The notes under the pieces are model-generated. The model was not told the origin of the DNA. It worked only from the letters and a program-made list of their open reading frames with translations, and searched no databases. Source: Thermoplasmatota archaeon (GTDB lineage: Archaea > Thermoplasmatota > E2 > JACPAO01 > JAHFTW01). Taken from it: a stretch of DNA of 58,557 nt. Shown here piece after piece: positions 28,404 to 36,838 of this stretch (position 1 is its first letter; each line of letters begins with the position of its first letter). Both the position numbers and the translations under genes were made by a program. The DNA lies in contig JBMZJT010000001.1 of NCBI GenBank assembly GCA_049617695.1, positions 1-58,557 of the forward strand, in the 5' to 3' direction.

Positions 28404-29186
28404 ATGAAAGTACGAGACGTGATGACCGCGGAACTGATCACCGTGGACAAGGACCGGAACCTGAAGGACGTGCTGCACCTAATGGAGCAGAACCACGTCA
28501 CGAAATTGCCCGTCGTGGACAGCGACGGCTTCCTGCAAGGCATCGTGACGGACGGACGCATCGCCGACAAGCTCGGCCGTGCCCACAACAAGGACATTCA
28601 GACCGGCACGTTGCGTGCCTCCGGTGTCATGGAGAAGGATTTCCTGCTCGCCCATCCCGATGAGCCCCTGGAAACGCTTCTGGCGGACGTCGGCAAACCC
28701 GGCCTCACCATGATTCCCGTGGTGCAAGGCAAGAAGCTTGTCGGCGTCATCACGAAGTCCGACCTGCTGCCCTTCGTGGAATCGCAAGCCAAAGTAGCCG
28801 ATGTCATGAAACGGGAAGTCCACGCCGTCAGCGCCAGTGAACGCATCGTCCATGCCCGGCGGTTGATTCTTGACAACGACGTGGCGCGGCTGCCGGTGCT
28901 CAATGGCGGCCACGTGGAAGGCATCATCGCGGAACATGAAATCGCCAATGCCTTCGCTGGCTTCAAGCAAGCCGACGGCCACGTGCAGAAAGTCATGATT
29001 CGTGACATGAATGTCGGCGACCACATGCGGCGCGACGTCGTGACCGCCAGCGCCGACATGTCCTGCCAGGAAGCTGCCATGAAGATGCGCGAGCATCACG
29101 TCGGCGCGCTTCCCGTCGTGGACGGTGATGGCACGATCCAGGGCATCATCACGCGCACGGACCTGATTCGCACCTACGCGTCCTAG
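28404..29186 (+). CDS. CBS-domain protein (four tandem CBS motifs)
   Basis: There are four repeats of the pattern V.DVM....(V/A) ... LPV(V/L)(D/N).G...GI(V/I)T..D(L/I). Confidence 0.85.
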   Translation: MKVRDVMTAELITVDKDRNLKDVLHLMEQNHVTKLPVVDSDGFLQGIVTDGRIADKLGRAHNKDIQTGTLRASGVMEKDFLLAHPDEPLETLLADVGKPGLTMIPVVQGKKLVGVITKSDLLPFVESQAKVADVMKREVHAVSASERIVHARRLILDNDVARLPVLNGGHVEGIIAEHEIANAFAGFKQADGHVQKVMIRDMNVGDHMRRDVVTASADMSCQEAAMKMREHHVGALPVVDGDGTIQGIITRTDLIRTYAS

Positions 29187-29231
29187 CGGCGACCCCGTGC
29201 CTTTTTCCTTCCTTCTCCTGCTCACCGCCTG

Positions 29232-30599
29232 ATGCGACGCAGTGGTGCGGTGGCCCTTGCTTTGATGATGGCCATGATTGCGACTCCGGCCGAGGCCCAA
29301 GTCAGCAGTTGTGGCGACGGCTTCGAGTTGTTCATGCGCAACCCGGACATGGTGCCCCAATCCGACGGGAAATTCCATGTCAGTGGCGACTTCTTCGTCC
29401 AATTCCAAGTGATTGGCGACAACGCCGACCAAATCGAGACCTTCGCCTTCAGCGTCGGCTTGCCCCCGGAAAACCCGGAATCCATCTGCGATTTGCCCGT
29501 GTGGCCCGCCGGCTTGATGCTGGAAGCGTACAAGGTGGATCAAGACAAGTCGGATGGCTTCTTCATCCTCATGCGCACCAGTGGGCAGACCACGCCGCAG
29601 AACACGGACTTGACCGTCGCCGTGCACGGCTACGATGCCAGCGGCCAGGAAGTTGCTCGCTTCTGGGGGACGGCGGTCGTGGAATCCTGCCCAGGCCAGA
29701 CCCAAGGTGGATGCAGCACCATCAAAGATGAACAAATTCCGTGGCCCGTTTTGCTTCCCGGCGACGGCGAAGTGGCCCTCGTCGATGGTTTCACCGTGGA
29801 ATTTGCCGAGCCCCTCGAATCGTACACTGTGTTCCTCAACGGCGAGGACATCACGGATCAAATGCAGGACTGGGAAGGCCGCCAATGGGATGCGGATACC
29901 TACTACGACTACGGTCCCGCCGGCGTCTTTGCCACGGCCACGCCCATGTGCACGCTCCCGCCGCCGGTCCAAACGTGTGTCACCAAGCCCGGTCCGGCCC
30001 TGCAATGGACGCAGCGCCCCATCAACGACGACGACGTCATCCGCGTCGAAGCGATCGATCTGGCTGGCAACGTCGCCAAGAAGGAAATCCACGTCGGCAG
30101 CAGTGTCGCAGGCGGCACCATCGCCGATGGCTTGCCCCTCTTGACCATGACCTTCGACGAGACCTCCAAAATGGTCGAACCCGGCAAGACCGCCATCTAC
30201 CAGGCTCGCATGGAGAACACCGGCGGCGGCACGGGCCATCCCCTCGTCTCGGCCATCATGCCCGATGCCAACTGGACGTTCGACTGGTTCCCCGGGCACA
30301 AACCAGTCGATGCGGCCAGCGCCGAGACCCAAGAACTCAACGTGCACGTCCCCGCCACGGTGACGCCCGGCATCTACGAAGTCATCGCCGTCATGGAATA
30401 CCAACGCGGCCAAGGAGACGAACGCATCGAATTCCCCTTGGAAGTGCTCGTCGGAGGCGCCCCCGGGGCGGCGAATACGACCGCGCAGCCCGATGACAGC
30501 GACGATGGGGAGGAGTCGCCGGCACCGCTTCTCGTGCTCCCAATTCTCGCCGCGGCGGCCCTGCGACGCAAGCAACGCGCGCACAGCAACCCTTTTTGA
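29232..30599 (+). CDS. secreted Cys-containing surface protein, paralogue 1, with C-terminal SPA-hydrophobic-RRK signal
   Basis: Signal peptide MRRSGAVALALMMAMIATPAEA. The tail is DDSDDGEESPAPLLVLPILAAAALRRKQRAHSNPF. It is clearly alignable with 30621..31935. Confidence 0.8.
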   Translation: MRRSGAVALALMMAMIATPAEAQVSSCGDGFELFMRNPDMVPQSDGKFHVSGDFFVQFQVIGDNADQIETFAFSVGLPPENPESICDLPVWPAGLMLEAYKVDQDKSDGFFILMRTSGQTTPQNTDLTVAVHGYDASGQEVARFWGTAVVESCPGQTQGGCSTIKDEQIPWPVLLPGDGEVALVDGFTVEFAEPLESYTVFLNGEDITDQMQDWEGRQWDADTYYDYGPAGVFATATPMCTLPPPVQTCVTKPGPALQWTQRPINDDDVIRVEAIDLAGNVAKKEIHVGSSVAGGTIADGLPLLTMTFDETSKMVEPGKTAIYQARMENTGGGTGHPLVSAIMPDANWTFDWFPGHKPVDAASAETQELNVHVPATVTPGIYEVIAVMEYQRGQGDERIEFPLEVLVGGAPGAANTTAQPDDSDDGEESPAPLLVLPILAAAALRRKQRAHSNPF

Positions 30600-30620
30600 A
30601 CTGAGCCCTGTGGCTCGGGC

Positions 30621-31382
30621 ATGGTGATGATGCGTGTCCTGGGCGTTGCAGCCCTCTTGGCCCTGGCGATGGTGCCGCAAACGTCGGCCCAGATGGCCTT
30701 CGAACAGTGTGGCGACATCCAGTTGATCTTCCGGAATCCCGACCTGCAACGGGAGAACGACGGCAACATCCACGCCCAAGGCAGCTTCTTTGCCCAATTC
30801 CAGGCCATCGGCCCCGACGCCGACAAGATCACGTTCTTCGGCTTCAGCTTCGGCCCCGCGCCAAGCCCCATCCAAGATGACAGTGGCGTCTGCGATACGC
30901 CTCCGGGCACCTGGCTGACGGGTGCTTACATCCTGAACTACCGCGCCGACACGAACCCCGATGACGGCTTCTTCATCAACCTCCAAACGGACTTGGTCCC
31001 CGATGGCGCCTACACGGCCGCCGTCCACGCCTATGATGCCAACAACCAGGAATTGGCTCGCGCCTGGACCAACGCCCTCGTCGACAACTGCGACGGCGAC
31101 CCGCCGGCCCGCTGCGACGGCGACACGGCCCAGCACGCCAACCAGGACCAAACGGCGCCCTGGCCCATCCTCCTGCCCGGCGACGGCGACATCGAAGCCG
31201 CCCCGGACACGCCCGACGGCGCCACGCTGACCATCGAATTCGCCGAAGCCCTGAGCGACTTGCAAGTCACGATCAACGGCAACGACGAAACCCAGAACCT
31301 TACCGAATGGCCGGGTCGCCAATGGGACGACGACTTGATTCCCGGTTACGGCCCCGCCGGCCTCGGCTCCATTCTCGGGTGA
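30621..31382 (+). CDS. surface protein paralogue 2, N-terminal fragment (gene interrupted by a frame change)
   Basis: Signal peptide MVMMRVLGVAALLALAMVPQTSA. It is collinear with paralogue 1 up to ...GYGPAGL, then reaches a TGA at 31380..31382. Confidence 0.65.
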   Translation: MVMMRVLGVAALLALAMVPQTSAQMAFEQCGDIQLIFRNPDLQRENDGNIHAQGSFFAQFQAIGPDADKITFFGFSFGPAPSPIQDDSGVCDTPPGTWLTGAYILNYRADTNPDDGFFINLQTDLVPDGAYTAAVHAYDANNQELARAWTNALVDNCDGDPPARCDGDTAQHANQDQTAPWPILLPGDGDIEAAPDTPDGATLTIEFAEALSDLQVTINGNDETQNLTEWPGRQWDDDLIPGYGPAGLGSILG

Positions 31383-31395
31383 AGATCTGGTTCGC

Positions 31396-31935
31396 GTGGT
31401 CGCCACCGATGTGGCCGGCAACATCGCGATCAAGGAACTGCACATCGGCAGCGGCGCCGCAGGTGCCATTACGGAAGAACTTCCGAACCTGCAAATCAGT
31501 GTCGACGAGCCCACGAAGACCCTCGGCGCTGGCGACACGGCCATTTTCAAGTTCACCTTGAACAACATCGGCGGCACCACGGCCCACCCGTACAACGGTC
31601 AGGACGTCCCTGAAGGCTGGGGTGCCAGTTGGTTCCCGTCCCACGTCCCCACTGGCCCCGGTGACAAGAATACCCAGGAGCTCAACGTCGAAATTCCGGC
31701 CGAAGCGGCTCCTGGCACCTACAAGGTCAACGCCACGATCTTCTACGAACGCGGCGGCCAAGAAGAGACGCGGACCTTCCCCCTGACGATCAACGTCGGC
31801 AGCGGCGGCGCGCTCCAAGCCGAAGCCCCGGGTGAAGAGGAAGACGAACCCACCGCGGAAGAGAGTCCGGGTGTCGGCGTCGTGGCATTGTTGGCCGTTT
31901 TGGCGGTCGCGATGCTGCGCCGCAAGTCGGCTTGA
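31396..31935 (+). CDS. surface protein paralogue 2, C-terminal fragment with SPG-hydrophobic-RRK signal
   Basis: This frame is open from 31339. EDLVRVVATDVAGNIAIKELHIGS aligns with DDVIRVEAIDLAGNVAKKEIHVGS of paralogue 1. The tail is EESPGVGVVALLAVLAVAMLRRKSA. Confidence 0.65.
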   Translation: MVATDVAGNIAIKELHIGSGAAGAITEELPNLQISVDEPTKTLGAGDTAIFKFTLNNIGGTTAHPYNGQDVPEGWGASWFPSHVPTGPGDKNTQELNVEIPAEAAPGTYKVNATIFYERGGQEETRTFPLTINVGSGGALQAEAPGEEEDEPTAEESPGVGVVALLAVLAVAMLRRKSA

Positions 31936-31996
31936 TGCTCAATACCTAAATACGGCCCAGGAGTCGCGCGACGCAGGGGCCTCAAAAGGGCTCTAT

Positions 31997-33760
31997 GTGG
32001 GGGAATCCACCATTCCGAGCTTCACGTTCCGCGTCGCCGGCGAATCCGGTGAAGGCGTCATTTCCGCAGGCGAGATTGCGACTCTGGCAATCAGTGACAT
32101 TGGCTTCAACGTCTTCACGTTCGAGTCCTACCCGGCCGAGATCAAAGGCGGCCACTGCATGTACCAAGTCCGTGCGAGCACGGATGAAGTGCTGAGTGCC
32201 GGTAGCAGCGTCGATTTGCTGTGTGCTTTCAACCAGGAAGCCATTGACAAGCACCTCGACTCCCTTGGCCCTGGTGGCGTACTCGTGTACGACCCCAGCC
32301 AGGTCAAGGAGCTCCCGGACAAGCCGGAAGTGACGGTTTACCCGATTGAATTCGACACCCTGGTCAAGGAGAAGGTCGGCTCCCCGAAGAGCAAGAACGT
32401 CTTCGCCGTCGCCATCACGCTCGCGCTCTTTGATGTCCCTGCGGACAACATCAAGAAGACCGTGCGCAAGAAGTTCAAGGGCAAGAACCCGGCCATCCTC
32501 GAAAAGAACGACGAGGCCGTGGACGCCGCCTTCGAGCACGTCAAGACCCTCACCCGCAGCCACGAAGGCAGCCTCGCCATCATCGGCGAAGACGACGAAC
32601 GCCTCCTGATCGACGGCAACCAAGCCATCGCCCTGGGCGCCATGGTCGCCGGTTGCGACTTCTTCGCGGGTTACCCGATCACGCCGGCCAGCACGGTCCT
32701 CGAGACCCTGGCCAGTGAATTGCCCAAGCTCGGTGGCAAGGTCGTCCAAGCGGAAGACGAAATCGCCGCCATCAGCATGATCGTCGGTGCCTCCTACGCC
32801 GGTGCCAAGTCCATGACCGCCACGAGCGGCCCGGGCCTGAGCCTGATGCAGGAAATGTTTGGCCACGCCAGCACCCTGGAATTGCCCATCGTCATCGTCG
32901 ACGCCATGCGCGGCGGCCCCAGCACGGGCCTGCCCACCAAGGCGGAGCAATCCGACCTGAACCAAATGGTGTACGGCAGCCACGGTGAAGCCAGCCGCAT
33001 CGTCCTTGCCCCCAGTGGCGTGCGCGACTGCTTCTACCAGACCATCTGGGCCTTCAACCTCGCCGAGAAGTACCAGGTCCCCGTCGTCTTGGCCACGGAT
33101 CACGCCCTGGCCAACCGTCGCGAGAACCTGCCTCCGCTCACCCTTGAGGAAACGCCGATCATCCGCCGCAAGCTGGCGGAGGGTCCTCAAGAGGACTACA
33201 AGCGCTACAAGTTCACCGAAGATGGCGTCAGCCCGCAAGCCATTCCCGGCGTCCCCGGCGGTATGCACGTCGCCGAAGGTCTCGAACACAACGAGAAGGG
33301 CGACCCCACCTACACTGGCGAGAACCACACCGCCATGATGGACAAACGCATGGGCAAGATCGCCGATGCCTGGCAATACCCTCGCGCCGTCGAACACTTT
33401 GGCGACGAGAACCCCGATGTCCTCGTGGTCACCTGGGGTAGCAGCAAGGGCCCCGTCAAGGAAGCCACGCAGCGCCTTCTGGAAGATGGCAAGAAGGTCG
33501 CCTACGTCTGCCCCAAGATCCTGAACCCCCTGCCCAAGGAAGGATTCCTCGATCTGGTGGACAACGCCAAGGAAGTCCTCGTCGTCGAAATGAACTACAC
33601 TGGTCAGCTGGAGGGCCTGCTGCGCAAGCACCACACCCGCCACTACCACCGCCTCAACAAGATCATGGGCACGCCCATCACCTGGCTTGAAGTCCGGGAA
33701 GCCGCCGAAGCGGTCCTTGCCGGCGAAAACCTGGAACGCCCTGAGGAGGTTGCAGCATGA
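31997..33760 (+). CDS. korA: 2-oxoacid:ferredoxin oxidoreductase, alpha (fused gamma-alpha) subunit
   Basis: A GTG at 31997 avoids overlap with the preceding gene. GNQAIALGAMVAGCDFFAGYPITPAS and the following pyruvate/2-oxoglutarate oxidoreductase blocks are present. Confidence 0.88.
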   Translation: MGESTIPSFTFRVAGESGEGVISAGEIATLAISDIGFNVFTFESYPAEIKGGHCMYQVRASTDEVLSAGSSVDLLCAFNQEAIDKHLDSLGPGGVLVYDPSQVKELPDKPEVTVYPIEFDTLVKEKVGSPKSKNVFAVAITLALFDVPADNIKKTVRKKFKGKNPAILEKNDEAVDAAFEHVKTLTRSHEGSLAIIGEDDERLLIDGNQAIALGAMVAGCDFFAGYPITPASTVLETLASELPKLGGKVVQAEDEIAAISMIVGASYAGAKSMTATSGPGLSLMQEMFGHASTLELPIVIVDAMRGGPSTGLPTKAEQSDLNQMVYGSHGEASRIVLAPSGVRDCFYQTIWAFNLAEKYQVPVVLATDHALANRRENLPPLTLEETPIIRRKLAEGPQEDYKRYKFTEDGVSPQAIPGVPGGMHVAEGLEHNEKGDPTYTGENHTAMMDKRMGKIADAWQYPRAVEHFGDENPDVLVVTWGSSKGPVKEATQRLLEDGKKVAYVCPKILNPLPKEGFLDLVDNAKEVLVVEMNYTGQLEGLLRKHHTRHYHRLNKIMGTPITWLEVREAAEAVLAGENLERPEEVAA

Positions 33761-34635
33761 GCGAACAAACCACCTACACTGCCAAGGACTACAAGGGTCG
33801 CCTGCCCCCGGTTTGGTGCCCTGGCTGCGGCGACTTCGGTGTCCTGGCCGCCATGCAGCGCGCCCTCGCCGAGAAGCAGATTGCCCCAGAGAACACCGTG
33901 TTCATCAGTGGCATCGGCTGCTCCAGTCGCTTCCCCCACTTCATGAACGCCTACGGCTTCCACTCCTGCCACGGCCGCGCCCTGCCGGTCGCCACGGGAA
34001 CCAGCCTCGTCGTTCCTGAAGGCATCAAGGTCCTGGCCGTCGGCGGCGACGGTGACGGCATGGCCATCGGTGGCGGCCACTTCCTGCACGCGGCGCGCCG
34101 CAACATCGACGTGACCTACGTCATGATGGACAACGAGATCTACGGCCTGACCAAGGGTCAAATCAGCCCCACCACGGAGCAGGGTCTGGCCAGCAAGTCC
34201 ACGCCGTACATGAGCAAGGAAGCCAGCAGCGACATGCCGCTCAATCCGCTCGCCCTGGCCATCACGGCCGGCGCCACCTTCGTGGCCCGCGGCTACAGTG
34301 GCAAGATGAAGGAACTCGTCGAGATCATCGGCAAGGCCATCGACCACCCCGGCTACTCGTTCGTGCAGGTCATCAGTCCCTGCGTGACCTTCCACGACAT
34401 TTACGAGAAGGCCCGCGCCGAGCAGAAGGCCCTGAACCCGGAGCACGACACCAGCGACCAAATGGCCGCCCTCGTCGCCTCCATGGGGGAGCCGTTCATC
34501 ACCGGCGTCTTCTACGAGTCCGAGCGCCAGACGCTGCGCGAAGCCGTGGATGGCCAAGTGGCTGCAGCGCAGTCCGGCCGCGAGAAGGGTCTGGGCGCTG
34601 TGGCCCTGGACATCCTCGCCAAAGCTGGCCAGTAA
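33757..34635 (+). CDS. korB: 2-oxoacid:ferredoxin oxidoreductase, beta (TPP-binding) subunit
   Basis: WCPGCGDFGVL, GIGCSSR and GGDGDGMAIGGGH motifs are present. There is a 4-nt overlap with the alpha subunit. Confidence 0.9.
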   Translation: MSEQTTYTAKDYKGRLPPVWCPGCGDFGVLAAMQRALAEKQIAPENTVFISGIGCSSRFPHFMNAYGFHSCHGRALPVATGTSLVVPEGIKVLAVGGDGDGMAIGGGHFLHAARRNIDVTYVMMDNEIYGLTKGQISPTTEQGLASKSTPYMSKEASSDMPLNPLALAITAGATFVARGYSGKMKELVEIIGKAIDHPGYSFVQVISPCVTFHDIYEKARAEQKALNPEHDTSDQMAALVASMGEPFITGVFYESERQTLREAVDGQVAAAQSGREKGLGAVALDILAKAGQ

Positions 34636-34641
34636 GCGCTT

Positions 34642-35445
34642 CTAGCTTTGAGACAGGAGCGACGCTTCGGTTTCGACACCGGCACGGTAACCAGCGGCTA
34701 GCTCGCGCTCCGGTTCGTTGCGCGGACCGTCGATGCCGTCCGGCAAGACCCAGATTTCCAGGGGTGTCCGTTCGCGGGGGCCGGCATAGTAGCTGGCCAC
34801 GAGCCGGTGCAGGTTTCCGACGTCTTTGGCACACGCATGGCAGACCGCCATGCTTTCGCCGCCGGCAAAGCCCACTTCGACGAGGCCTCGCTCAGGGTGC
34901 GCACAGGTGCGGCAGCGGTGCTGCTGCCATTCGATGCCGAGCTTGTCTGCGATGAAGGTCCACCAGGAATCAGGCACATGGGGTTGGTCGCCGCTGCACG
35001 TGACGCCGGTGTCGGCGAAGAAGTGGAGGCTGGATTCCTTGGCCATTTTGCGGTAGGCCATCAGGAGGACTTGCGGGTCGTCGTGATTCTGGACGCCGAG
35101 CATGCAGGCCCGGTGGACTTGTCCGCGCATCAAGTAGAAGCGGCGGCGGCCGCCGACTTTGTGATCCACGAGGCGGGGCACGGATTCCAGTTGGGCCAGT
35201 TGCATGCTTTGCCACACGGCGCCGACAATGCCTCGGTCCCGTTTCGTCGTGAAGCCGGCTTTACCTTGGGCCAATTTTTCGAGGCCCGCTTGCACCTTGG
35301 CCAGGGGCTTGGGGGTGCCGTGCGGCATGGCGGGCAGGGCACGCAACGGGTCGTCGGCGAGGCTGCGGATGCGACCAAGAAACAGGTCTTGGGCGGTGCC
35401 TGCGGCGGTTCGGATGCTGGTGCGCTTCTTCTTTCGCTTGGCCAT
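34642..35445 (-). CDS. hypothetical 267-aa protein, basic N-terminus and CxxC...CxxC pair; last gene of the archaeosortase operon
   Basis: The ATG at 35445 shares one base with the upstream TGA (TGATG). N-terminus MAKRKKKRTSIR; CRTCAHPERG...VCHACAKD. I recognise no family. Confidence 0.6.
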   Translation of the reverse strand: MAKRKKKRTSIRTAAGTAQDLFLGRIRSLADDPLRALPAMPHGTPKPLAKVQAGLEKLAQGKAGFTTKRDRGIVGAVWQSMQLAQLESVPRLVDHKVGGRRRFYLMRGQVHRACMLGVQNHDDPQVLLMAYRKMAKESSLHFFADTGVTCSGDQPHVPDSWWTFIADKLGIEWQQHRCRTCAHPERGLVEVGFAGGESMAVCHACAKDVGNLHRLVASYYAGPRERTPLEIWVLPDGIDGPRNEPERELAAGYRAGVETEASLLSQS

Positions 35446-36176
35446 CAGGAAGTCTCCAAGTGGGTGGGCCCGATGCGGGCCAGGACATAGAACGGTCCGG
35501 CAAGGACATAGAAGGCCATGAAGCCAAGCATGCCCCACACGGGGATGTCGCCCGAATCGACGATGTGGCCAATGACCGTTGCGAGAATCAGGAGGACGGC
35601 CACGATGCCGAGCCAGCCACGCAGCTTGGGGTAGCGGATGCGGCTGATCATCAGGAGTCCGCTCACGGCCCCCACGGCAAGAAGCCACGTCACGTCCAAC
35701 CGGAGCAGGACTGCGCTGACGATGAGCAGGGCACCGCCAGGACTCGACAGGCCACTGAAGTAGCGGCTGTCCTTGGTTTCGCGCAGGGCTTCAAAGCGAG
35801 CCAACCGAAGCGTGACGGCGACGAGGAAAAACGCCCCGACGGCGACGGTGGCAGGTTGGAATTCAACGGATGCCAGCAACACCGCAGGGGCCACGGCGAA
35901 GGTCACGACGTCGCTCAATGCATCCAGGAAGCCACCCAGGGGGCCTCCGCCGCCACCAAGGCGGGCCACGGCGCCATCGGCCCCGTCCAGCAGGATGCCA
36001 ACGAGGATCAGGATGCCTGCCAGGGTGGGGTCTTCACGGGCCACAAGAATGGCAATGAGGCCCACAACGGCGTTGGACATGGTGACGACGTCGGCGGGTC
36101 GGATGTCGCGGGTGATGCGTTCCAGGCCGTCCCATTCGTCGCGCAATGCGGCGTTCAGGTATGCTTTCAATCCCAA
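35445..36176 (-). CDS. pssA: CDP-alcohol phosphatidyltransferase, archaetidylserine synthase-like
   Basis: TTG start. The signature DGAVAR-LGGGGGPL-G-GFL-D-ALS-D (D-G-x2-A-R-x8-G-x3-D-x3-D) is present, and the protein is polytopic. Confidence 0.8.
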   Translation of the reverse strand: MGLKAYLNAALRDEWDGLERITRDIRPADVVTMSNAVVGLIAILVAREDPTLAGILILVGILLDGADGAVARLGGGGGPLGGFLDALSDVVTFAVAPAVLLASVEFQPATVAVGAFFLVAVTLRLARFEALRETKDSRYFSGLSSPGGALLIVSAVLLRLDVTWLLAVGAVSGLLMISRIRYPKLRGWLGIVAVLLILATVIGHIVDSGDIPVWGMLGFMAFYVLAGPFYVLARIGPTHLETS

Positions 36177-36802
36177 GCCGCGACCTCGCTTCGGCCTGCT
36201 TGGACGCGGTCGCCCACTTGGACGGTCCAGGTCAAGGTGCCCTCGGGAACCAGCAAGTCGCAGCGGCTGCCAAGGCGGATGAGGCCGAGCTTCTCGCCCT
36301 TGGCCACCGTGTCGCCCTTGGTGGCGTAGGGTACGATGCGGCGGGCCACGGCGCCGGCGATTTGGATGACCTTGATCTCGCCAAGCTCGGTCTTCATGTG
36401 GGTGATGACGCGCTCGTTGCGGTCACTGTCCTTGTTGAATGCCGGCACATGTTTGCCGGGAATGTGGGTCACGCTCACGACGTTGCCCGGCACGGGAAAT
36501 CGGTTGACGTGCACGTCGAGGGGGCTCATGAAAATGGAAAGCCGATCGACGCGCCCCAGATCCGGATCATCGATCTGATCCACGCGGACGACCTTGCCGT
36601 CGGCGGGGCTGCAGACGCCGGAGGCAATCGCGCGTTCGGGATCTCGGAAGAAGTACCAGAAACTCATCGCCAGGAAGAAGGGCACCATGCTGGCGGCGAC
36701 CATCCAGGGTTGGCCGAGGGTTGGGCCGAAGCTGGCCATGAGAATCGCGATGCTCACGGGGATGACGATCCAATTGGCGCCGCCGTGGGCGATCTTGAGC
36801 AC
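36167..36802 (-). CDS. psd: phosphatidylserine (archaetidylserine) decarboxylase-like proenzyme
   Basis: GTG start, 211 aa. It has an N-terminal membrane segment, an FMSPLDVHVNR block and a C-terminal LGS self-cleavage-type motif (GLIRLGSRCDLLVP). Confidence 0.75.
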   Translation of the reverse strand: MLKIAHGGANWIVIPVSIAILMASFGPTLGQPWMVAASMVPFFLAMSFWYFFRDPERAIASGVCSPADGKVVRVDQIDDPDLGRVDRLSIFMSPLDVHVNRFPVPGNVVSVTHIPGKHVPAFNKDSDRNERVITHMKTELGEIKVIQIAGAVARRIVPYATKGDTVAKGEKLGLIRLGSRCDLLVPEGTLTWTVQVGDRVQAGRSEVAAWD

Positions 36803-36838
36803 AGGGGTTCGACACCGGGCTGCCTGAAAGGGTTGGCG

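Noticed and set aside
28479-31595. 1038-aa ORF antisense to the CBS gene and the two paralogous surface-protein genes
   Set aside because: Shadow ORF. The sense-strand products are supported by CBS motifs, signal peptides, paralogy and sorting signals.
31832-31996. N-terminal extension of the korA ORF (MKRKTNPPRKRVRV...)
   Set aside because: It overlaps the 3' end of the preceding surface-protein gene in another frame and is Arg-rich. The GTG at 31997 gives a normal alpha-subunit N-terminus.
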